NCBI GenBank assembly: GCA_002774185.1
Contig: PEZG01000057.1
Location: forward strand, 1-45,166
Reading direction: 5' to 3'
DNA: 45,166 bases
Origin: Candidatus Roizmanbacteria bacterium CG09_land_8_20_14_0_10_41_9
GTDB lineage: Bacteria; Patescibacteriota; Microgenomatia; UBA1406; GWC2-37-13
The stretch's first letter is position 1, and each line of letters starts with the position of its first letter. Of the stretch, positions 19,185-27,563 are shown in pieces. Below the pieces are notes generated by a model, which worked only from the letters and a program-made list of their open reading frames with translations, was not told the DNA's origin and searched no databases. The translations under genes were made by a program, and so were the position numbers.

Positions 19185-20150
19185 TTATATCGTAATTATT
19201 CGCTCCTGCACCCCCTTTTTATTTTGTTTCTTTTCCTTTTGCAACAAGTCGCGGAAGGATTTATCTATGAAGCTCAGTCGTTTAAGTCCCGAAGCGGTAA
19301 CGACTTGGGGATCCACGTAACGAAATTTTTTATGCAGTGCTTTTCTTCCTTTCGGAAGATGGTCTAGCGACTTGTTCTTTAACAGGGTTAGGATCGAATG
19401 GATTTTTTTATTGGAGGATTTTTTTAGTTTCTTCACAACAAAATCATCATATTTCCAAAGATCCTCACTGCGTATGATGTTTTTATCCAGAGCTTCTTTT
19501 AAGGCTTGTGCAAAGATTCTATACCTCACGACCGCTTCAAATCCACCCCAATGTTTTTTTTGCCGATCCAAAAAATTCTTGGCAAAGAGTATGGCTAATT
19601 CCCTATCATTAAACACGATCCGATCCTTGGTTACCGTTATTCCGCTCAAACATAGACGAGCGGTTTTTATAGGAAACTCTCTCAAAGCGTAATCTATACG
19701 GTCTGCGCACAAATCAGGAATTCGTTGCTCGAGTAGTCCAAACAAATAGTAATTGGTTATAAGGTTTGGGTCGATGTCGTATTTCATAAGAATCGCCTTA
19801 ATTTCAGAGTTAAGGATGAAGGACTTGTGTTGATTGTCTTGGTATTCTTCCAGTTCGCTCATGTTATATACGTAATCAATAACATGCGAAAAGGCAGTAT
19901 GGGAAACATCATGAAGGAGTCCAGCGATTTGTTCAAGTTCGGACGCCTCCAATTTCCTCAGCAATAGGAAAACTCCAACGCTATGATCATACCGGGAATA
20001 ACCTTTCAGATGATAAAGCTGATCCGGTACTCCAAATTGAGCGATTTTTTTTAGTCTTTGAACGGGAGAGGATTTAAGCAGCTTAATAATTACAGGAGAG
20101 GTGATCTTATAAGTTCCATAGATCTTGTCGAAGATCGTTATTGATTTCAT
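19185..20150 (-). CDS. HD-domain phosphohydrolase, SAMHD1/dNTPase-like
   Basis: QRL..I.Q.G, SRYDHSVGV, LLHD.SH..FSH, ADRIDY. Confidence 0.85.
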   Translation of the reverse strand: MKSITIFDKIYGTYKITSPVIIKLLKSSPVQRLKKIAQFGVPDQLYHLKGYSRYDHSVGVFLLLRKLEASELEQIAGLLHDVSHTAFSHVIDYVYNMSELEEYQDNQHKSFILNSEIKAILMKYDIDPNLITNYYLFGLLEQRIPDLCADRIDYALREFPIKTARLCLSGITVTKDRIVFNDRELAILFAKNFLDRQKKHWGGFEAVVRYRIFAQALKEALDKNIIRSEDLWKYDDFVVKKLKKSSNKKIHSILTLLKNKSLDHLPKGRKALHKKFRYVDPQVVTASGLKRLSFIDKSFRDLLQKEKKQNKKGVQERIITI

Positions 20151-20626
20151 ATCGTTTTATAAGAACCGATTTCAAGATGATATTCTACCACTTCTTCCTT
20201 CTTGTTAAAAATAAATTTACCGTTAAGCAGTTTGCCAGACAATATGGCCGGAAGCCAGTATATATCGTCTTTCCACATCAGGTGAAAGGGAAGATTGTTT
20301 TTCTTAAACCAGCGCGGTAGCATTTCCTTTGTTTCAATTAGCTCTCCACTCCATTCGCTTACTAAAAAAACATGCACTCGTTGATCAAAAGTTTTTCCTT
20401 CAAATTTATCCGCATAGTAAAAATCCAACGTGGCCACTTGTTTTAAATTGTGCGGAGTGACGCCGATTTCTTCTATTGTCTCACGGATAGTAGCATCTTC
20501 TATTTTTTCTCCCCGCTGCACTTTCCCGCCTACTCCATTCCATTTCCCTTTTCCAAAACCTCTCTTCTTCATGGCGAGCAAGATTTGATTTTTCTTAATG
20601 AGAAAGCTTAGAGTGGTTTTTCTCAT
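20147..20626 (-). CDS. Nudix hydrolase, NUDT1/MTH1-like oxidised-purine dNTP pyrophosphatase
   Basis: KKRGFG.GKWNG.GGK, RE..EE.G Nudix box, EM.P.WF, MW.DD..W. Confidence 0.85.
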   Translation of the reverse strand: MRKTTLSFLIKKNQILLAMKKRGFGKGKWNGVGGKVQRGEKIEDATIRETIEEIGVTPHNLKQVATLDFYYADKFEGKTFDQRVHVFLVSEWSGELIETKEMLPRWFKKNNLPFHLMWKDDIYWLPAILSGKLLNGKFIFNKKEEVVEYHLEIGSYKTI

Positions 20627-21558
20627 GACGACTGTCCTCTTACTACGCCTTGATTATACGAAACAAATTTGAAATAAGAAACCTTTTTCTTTTGACAATA
20701 GTTTTCAAACTTGTCATTATCGTCTGTGTAAAAAAGAATAAAACCAGACCCCTGTTTTTTCCCTCCGGCGCCCGTTATTTTTCCAACTCCAAATCGTTTG
20801 AGCCTAAGTAGTAACCTTTTTGCTTCTCCGGAAACAACCTTAAGTTTCTCTAGTGCTCTTTGATTTTCTTGGAGAGCTTTCTTGAAACAGAATTGGTTCC
20901 CCTCTGCGATCGCGATCGTAACCTTCTTTGTACTCTTCTCTATCATATTCAAAATTCTCTCCATTCTTGCCGGCTTAATGGCATATTGTTCTTCAACTAG
21001 TCTAACCATCTCTGCAGTGTTTTCTGCCGGTTTCCCGCTATCGATAAGGTAAAGTCTATCTTCGATTATTTTTGGAACTTTAAAAGGTAGTGGGGAGATT
21101 TTTTTTAAAAACTTGAACTCTTTTCGGTAATAGATCAGCCCGCCGAAGCAAGAAGCGCATGTATCGACTCCTGAAGCATTCTGATGGAACCGTTTTTCAA
21201 CTTCGTGTGCAATATCACTAATTGTTTCTTTGTCAAACTCTCTCCCCGTATACAGGAAAAGGAAGGCAGCGGTTGTTGCAACTGAAAACGCTGCCGATGA
21301 TCCCAGTCCCCTTCCTATAGGAATATCTGAACTAATCTTGCAGCGGAATGGAATATTGCGAAATGTGATTTTCTTTCTCGTCAGATACTCTTTTACTTTT
21401 TCAGCAACAAAAAGAACATTTTTAGTATTTGTTGTTCCCCGAGACGCATCCAGAGAACAAGTAAGCCGTAAATGAATCGCAGAAACAAGCGCAGGTCTTC
21501 CGTAGACTACCGCATGTTCACCGGAAATGATTACTTTAGCAGGCGCAGAAAATCCCAT
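20623..21558 (-). CDS. mvk: Mevalonate kinase (GHMP family)
   Basis: AP.KVI..GEHAVVYG, P.GRGLGSSAA, SGVD, KITGAGG. Confidence 0.9.
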   Translation of the reverse strand: MGFSAPAKVIISGEHAVVYGRPALVSAIHLRLTCSLDASRGTTNTKNVLFVAEKVKEYLTRKKITFRNIPFRCKISSDIPIGRGLGSSAAFSVATTAAFLFLYTGREFDKETISDIAHEVEKRFHQNASGVDTCASCFGGLIYYRKEFKFLKKISPLPFKVPKIIEDRLYLIDSGKPAENTAEMVRLVEEQYAIKPARMERILNMIEKSTKKVTIAIAEGNQFCFKKALQENQRALEKLKVVSGEAKRLLLRLKRFGVGKITGAGGKKQGSGFILFYTDDNDKFENYCQKKKVSYFKFVSYNQGVVRGQSS

Positions 21559-21625
21559 ACTAATTGGAGTCCGATCTTGTTTGAGGAATCATTCTTCCAT
21601 TACGAAGATGGAGACATTGAGAGCA

Positions 21626-21780
21626 AGTTCAAAGTTTAAAGTGCAAAATTAAAAGTTTCAGTTTAAAATTCAAAATTTTATTTAGCTTCTTACTTTGAAC
21701 TGCAACTTTGATACTTCGGCTTTGTTCAGTATCATCCTGAGCTTGTCGAAGGATGAACTTTGCATTTTGAATTTTTAACT
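21626..21780. repeat. Palindromic heptamer array with an inserted REP-like doublet
   Basis: AGTTCAA-AGTTTAA-AGTGCAA-AATTAAA-AGTTTC-AGTTTAA-AATTCAA ... TTGAACT-GCAACT-TTG[21711-21755 insert]AACT-TTGCATT-TTGAATT-TTTAACT. Confidence 0.8.
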
Positions 21781-21848
21781 TATTAGTAATAGTGGCCGCT
21801 GAGGGACTTCTCCTTACTTGCGCTTTGGAGGATAAATTGAATCCCTCG

Positions 21849-21921
21849 TGGTCGCGACAGGACTCGAACCTGTGACCTTTCGGATGTAAGCCGAGCGCTC
21901 TACCAACTGAGCTACGCGACC
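21849..21921 (-). tRNA. tRNA-Val (UAC)
   Basis: GGTCGCG/CGCGACC-A acceptor, GCTC/GAGC D-stem, loop CTTACAT, ACAGG-TTCGAGT-CCTGT T-arm; CCA not encoded. Confidence 0.93.
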
Positions 21922-21950
21922 GAACACTCCTTTATCCCATAGCCAACTGA

Positions 21951-21970
21951 CCTGCCCGCCGGCAGGCGGG
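21951..21970. repeat. REP-like palindrome CCTGCCCGCCGGCAGGCGGG inserted in the outer tRNA D-stem
   Basis: Removing it restores a canonical tRNA 5' end; a related copy lies at 42896-42916. Confidence 0.75.
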
Positions 21971-21994
21971 GCTAAGCGGCCAAAAAAAGAAAAG

Positions 21995-22170
21995 TGGGTG
22001 TGGATAGAATCGAACTATCGCTCTGTTCTTTACCGCGCCCGACTTTGCCATGACTACTTGTGCGCTCTGATGGAGTCGAACCATCGCTCTGTTCTTTATC
22101 AGAGAACTGTTTTACCGTTAAACTAAGAGCGCAAAATATCAAAGTCATGGCGGGCGGGTCAGAGAACTGT
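21995..22170 (-). pseudogene. Outer tRNA-Ile(GAU) shell split within the anticodon
   Basis: ACAGTTCTCTGA ^ TAAAGAAC-AGAGC-GATAG-TTCGATT-CTATC-CACACCC-A, with a 126-bp insert at 22033-22158; D-arm and 5' acceptor strand not recognisable. Confidence 0.8.
22061..22132 (-). tRNA. tRNA-Ile (GAU)
   Basis: GCGCTCT/AGAGCGC-A, GTTT/AAAC D-stem, GTTCT-CTGATAA-AGAAC, GATGG-TTCGACT-CCATC; CCA not encoded. Confidence 0.92.
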
Positions 22171-22187
22171 GGCGCACTTATGTGCCC

Positions 22188-22236
22188 ATTATAGCATAAA
22201 TTTGTTTTGACTATTTCTCTTCCGCGGTAGTATAAT
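22188..22236. promoter_or_regulatory. Divergent promoters for the tRNA cluster (-) and the mgtE-like gene (+)
   Basis: - strand TGC-TATAAT at 22196-22188; + strand TTGACT(22207)-18-TATAAT(22231), 5 nt before the ATG. Confidence 0.6.
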
Positions 22237-22241
22237 ATACC

Positions 22242-23456
22242 ATGATTTATTTCTCTGAACTCAGAGGAAAAAGCGTCTTCACCGAGGATAATGTATATGT
22301 CGGAAAGTTGGATGACCTCATTTTTTTAGTCTCAGAAAAGCCTAAAATCACCAAATTGGTCATCTTGAGTAAAACACAGGGCGATTTAGTAATCCCGCAG
22401 GAATATCTCAAGAAAATTAACACCACATTGGTAATACAGAAGGATTTCAACACCTCAGAACTTCAAGAGAACGAACTGTATATATTGAGAAATATTCTTG
22501 ACAAGCAGATTATCGATCTTGTGGGTCATAAAGTCGTGCGCGTGAATGATGTCGCTATACAAGACAAGGGAGAATTATATGTCGCCGGAGTTGATATTGG
22601 ATTACTTGGAGTTTTTAGGCAATTTGGAATGGAGCGTTTTCTAATAAAATCCGCAAATTCGTTCGGAGTTAAGCTTACCCCAAGATTTCTATCTTGGGCA
22701 GATATACAGCCTCTTGAGCTGGCGCGGGGCAAAGTGCAGCTCAGAAAAGAGGAAGAAAAACTCCAAAAAATGCGAGCGGAAGACCTTGCTGATTATTTGG
22801 AAAAAACCAACATAGTCAATGTCAGGAAAATCCTTCGCATATTGGATGAGAAATTTGCAGCAGAAGTCATTGGGAATTTGAACATAAACTATCAGACGTC
22901 ACTTTTTAAACATTTTTCCTCGGAAAAGGCGGCGAAAGTACTTTCGTATATTGATCCGGATGAAGCCGTTGACATTCTTCTCACTTTTCACAAAAAAAAG
23001 AGAGATGAAATTCTAAGTTTAATGGATCACGATCAAAAGAAAGTACTCAAATACCTTCTTTCTCTCCCACAGACTCCGATTGGCGATATCCTCACGACAG
23101 AATATGTTACCGTGTATCCTGAAAATACTTCCCAAGAAGTAATCCATAAAATTAAAGATGAAGCGGCGGATTTCGCCAGTCTTTACCATATCTACGTAGT
23201 TAATAAAGAGAATCAAATTATGGGAGTTTTCAACCTTCACGAGCTTTTGGTGCAAAACAGCGACATTCCTGTTTACAAATTCATGGTTCAAAATGTGATA
23301 GTCGTTCACCTCACTACATCAAAAGAGATCGTACTAAAAAAAATGCTCAAATATAAAATTGTTGCGTTGCCGGTCATTGACAAAGAACGCCACATGATCG
23401 GATTGGTATCCATAGACGATATTATGGAGTTTATTTTTGAAAAAGCGATTATATAA
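22242..23456 (+). CDS. Soluble MgtE-like regulatory protein (PRC-barrel + MgtE N-domain + CBS pair)
   Basis: ILDKQIID..G.KVVRVNDV, DLADYLE, D.AVDIL, YVV...G, LPV.D....GLVS.DD; no TM region. Confidence 0.8.
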   Translation: MIYFSELRGKSVFTEDNVYVGKLDDLIFLVSEKPKITKLVILSKTQGDLVIPQEYLKKINTTLVIQKDFNTSELQENELYILRNILDKQIIDLVGHKVVRVNDVAIQDKGELYVAGVDIGLLGVFRQFGMERFLIKSANSFGVKLTPRFLSWADIQPLELARGKVQLRKEEEKLQKMRAEDLADYLEKTNIVNVRKILRILDEKFAAEVIGNLNINYQTSLFKHFSSEKAAKVLSYIDPDEAVDILLTFHKKKRDEILSLMDHDQKKVLKYLLSLPQTPIGDILTTEYVTVYPENTSQEVIHKIKDEAADFASLYHIYVVNKENQIMGVFNLHELLVQNSDIPVYKFMVQNVIVVHLTTSKEIVLKKMLKYKIVALPVIDKERHMIGLVSIDDIMEFIFEKAII

Positions 23457-23469
23457 GCTTAATTTCCTT

Positions 23470-24717
23470 ATGGATAAGATAGCCTTTGGAAAACTCAAAA
23501 GAAAGCTATTGATATTCCTGGCGGTTTTCGGTCCGGCGACAGTCACTGCCATGGCCGACAACGATGCTGCAGGAGTTGCGACGTACTCTTTGGCCGGAGC
23601 CAAATTTGGATATTCTATCCTGTTTGTCCTTCTTCTTGTCACGATCCTTCTTGCGATTACTCAGGAGATGGGTGTAAGGATTGCCATGATTACGGGAAAA
23701 GGATTGGGAGATCTCATCAGGGAAAGGTATGGGGTAAAACTGTCTGTATTTGTTTTTTTCGGGCTTCTGATCGCAAACATGGGTACGGTTATTGCTAATT
23801 TTGCCGCAATAAAAATAACGGCATCCATGTTCGGTTTTCCGCCGACAGTATTAATCGTCGGAATAGTAATCCTGTCATTTTTATTCATCACGAAAGGTAG
23901 TTATAAAACAAACCAAAATATTTTTCTCATCTCGTCTATCTTTTATTTTGCATACGTAATCTCCGCGGTTAAAGCGCAACCGGATTGGAGCAGGGCCTTT
24001 ACAAGTGTTGTATTTCCGACAGGGATTCAATTCTCCAGGGAATTCGTATTTGCCTCAATAGCCGTTGTAGGAACTACCATCACCCCTTGGGGCCAGTTTT
24101 TTGTACACAGTTTTGTCCTGGATAAAAAATTATCTCCGGATAAGTTAAAATACGAACAATTTGAGACTTTTTTCGGAGCTTTTTTAACGAATTTCTTTTC
24201 TTTTTTTATGATCGTTGCGACGGCCGCAACATTGTTCGTCAATGGAATCCCTCTTATCACAGGGGAACAAGCCGCATTAGCAATCAAACCGTTCGCGGGA
24301 CAGCTTGCAAGCGTACTTTTCGGTTTGGGTATCTTGAACGCAGGATTCATGGGGATTGTCATCGTGTCTTTGACAACCGCATATGCGTTTGCCGAATTTT
24401 TCGGAGTCGAGGGAAGCTTGGATGCTCCCTTTGAAAAAGGAAAAGTATTTTATGGCATTTTCCTTTTCCAGTTGATCGTGGCGGCTTTCATTGTAATGAA
24501 TCCTGCAATTTCATTGTTTAAAATCGTCTTCTATACCCAATCATTAAACGGCGTACTATTACCGCTTATTCTTTATTTTCTCTTAAAAATTACCAATGAC
24601 AAAGAATTGATGGGAATGTACGTAAATAAAAAGTGGTATAACTATTTTGCAGTGATATCTTCAATCGTGATTATTTTTGCCTTCTTATTTACGTTAATTT
24701 CTTCAATTGTAGGGTAA
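23470..24717 (+). CDS. NRAMP-family divalent metal transporter (Nramp-related Mg transporter type)
   Basis: GP...DNDAAG..TY...GA..GY, QEM..R...TGKG, GTTITPW; likely start ATG 23470. Confidence 0.85.
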   Translation: MDKIAFGKLKRKLLIFLAVFGPATVTAMADNDAAGVATYSLAGAKFGYSILFVLLLVTILLAITQEMGVRIAMITGKGLGDLIRERYGVKLSVFVFFGLLIANMGTVIANFAAIKITASMFGFPPTVLIVGIVILSFLFITKGSYKTNQNIFLISSIFYFAYVISAVKAQPDWSRAFTSVVFPTGIQFSREFVFASIAVVGTTITPWGQFFVHSFVLDKKLSPDKLKYEQFETFFGAFLTNFFSFFMIVATAATLFVNGIPLITGEQAALAIKPFAGQLASVLFGLGILNAGFMGIVIVSLTTAYAFAEFFGVEGSLDAPFEKGKVFYGIFLFQLIVAAFIVMNPAISLFKIVFYTQSLNGVLLPLILYFLLKITNDKELMGMYVNKKWYNYFAVISSIVIIFAFLFTLISSIVG

Positions 24718-24749
24718 AAAAGGGTTTTAATCCAAAAAACGGGTTAGGA
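24717..24749 (-). promoter_or_regulatory. 3' arm of the pre-16S processing stem
   Basis: AAAAAGGGTTTTAATCCAAAAAACGGGTTAGGA is complementary to 26401-26432. Confidence 0.75.
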
Positions 24750-24857
24750 TAAAGATTTAAAGTCCACAATATCTTGTCATTCGTCTTATCCCGCTGAGCG
24801 GGATGCGGCTCATGGAGCGATTATTGGTGGACTAATTTTTTTCTAAAGAAAAAAATT

Positions 24858-26369
<1,512 letters not shown>

Positions 26370-26400
26370 AATATAGGAAAATCCCGACAAAAGTCGGGAC

Positions 26401-26490
26401 TCCTAACCCGTTTACTGAATAAAACCCTTTTTGTTAAAGTGCGGAAACTAAGTAGAGTTATATTCTATAGCAGAGAGAAATAAAAGTCAA
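26401..26490 (-). promoter_or_regulatory. 16S promoter, boxA and 5' processing-stem arm
   Basis: TTGACT(26490-85)-17-TAGAAT(26467-62); boxA-like GCACTTTAACAA (26442-31). Confidence 0.75.
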
Positions 26491-26507
26491 CTTAACTTGT
26501 GCTTGTT

Positions 26508-27563
26508 TCATCGAATAACGAGTTTTGACAAGTGCTCTTTGTTTTTCGCGATTTTCATAAGCCCGTGAATCGTTACGTCGTCTGGATTCTCCGCGCAGAT
26601 TACATCAATTTTTATTTCATTTGCAAAAAACCCATCGATTCCTTTAATGTTAGCTAACCCTCCGGTGAGCATGATACCCCTTTTGAATATTTCATCGATC
26701 GTTTCAGGGGGAGAGCCTTCGATGAGCTCTTTAATTCCGTCAAGGATCTGGTTTAAATGGGTTAAGAGAGCTTCCCTAATTTCCGATGTTTTGATGCGGA
26801 TAGATTTCGGAAGTCCTGATTCAAGAGATTTTCCTCTGACCGTCGCGGTTTTTTCTTCTTTCTGAAAATGGAGAAGGTTTGTTTTAAGGGATTCACAGGT
26901 GGATTCTCCCAAGATAACGCCGTACTTCAAATAAACGTAGTTATAAATTAACTTATCCATATGGTCTCCGGCATTCTTTAAAGTCTTTTGATTCACGATT
27001 CCACCTCCTGAAACAATTGCCATTTCGATGAGTCCTCCACCAAGATCAACGATGAGATTTGGTTGGTGTGAAAAAATGTTGAAGTTACACCCAGCTGCCG
27101 TGGCAATAGGTTTCTCTATGAGTGATACCCCGGAACACCCTGCCTTCAACAACGCTTCTTCTGCTGCTTTCTGTTCTATCTCCGTTGCAACGGAGGGAAC
27201 GATACCAAAAGCTTGAAAAGGTGGCTTAAGGAGAAGGTTAGAAAAATAGGGTTGCACAGCCTTTTCCATTGCTTTTTGGATAAGGGAAACCTCAGCGTCA
27301 AAATCTGAAATAACTCCGTTCACCACTGGCCGCACAATTCGGATGAAGTCAGGCGTTTTACCCAGGATGGTTTTGGCTTCTTTTCCAAAAAAAATAAACT
27401 CTTTGATTTTTGAGTTGTACCCCAAATAGGTGGGTTCCTTATATGCGATCCCTTTATCCTTCACTGCAATGCGTGTGGTGGAAGTTCCGAGGTCAAAATA
27501 CAACTCAGCACCAGAAAAAAAAGGGAGTTTGATTTTTCCTATTTTTTCAATAAAATTAAACAT
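26508..27563 (-). CDS. mreB: Rod shape-determining protein MreB (divergent)
   Basis: DLGT, RPV.NGVI.DF, VDLGGG, G..LTGG.A. Confidence 0.88.
   Translation of the reverse strand: MFNFIEKIGKIKLPFFSGAELYFDLGTSTTRIAVKDKGIAYKEPTYLGYNSKIKEFIFFGKEAKTILGKTPDFIRIVRPVVNGVISDFDAEVSLIQKAMEKAVQPYFSNLLLKPPFQAFGIVPSVATEIEQKAAEEALLKAGCSGVSLIEKPIATAAGCNFNIFSHQPNLIVDLGGGLIEMAIVSGGGIVNQKTLKNAGDHMDKLIYNYVYLKYGVILGESTCESLKTNLLHFQKEEKTATVRGKSLESGLPKSIRIKTSEIREALLTHLNQILDGIKELIEGSPPETIDEIFKRGIMLTGGLANIKGIDGFFANEIKIDVICAENPDDVTIHGLMKIAKNKEHLSKLVIR

Larger units (their letters stand above)
21793..21981 (-). pseudogene. Degenerate outer tRNA shell enclosing tRNA-Val
   Basis: Acceptor GGCCGCT/AGCGGCC-A, T-stem GAGGG/CCCTC; 5' end reads GGCCGCTTAGC^TCAGTTGGCTA after removing a 20-nt palindrome. 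Confidence 0.75.

Noticed and set aside
21995..22032. Outer tRNA-Ile 3' half as a prophage/ICE att site
   Set aside because: There is no integrase nearby, the copy is diverged with compensatory changes, and a matching 5' anticodon-arm strand flanks the other side of the intact tRNA.
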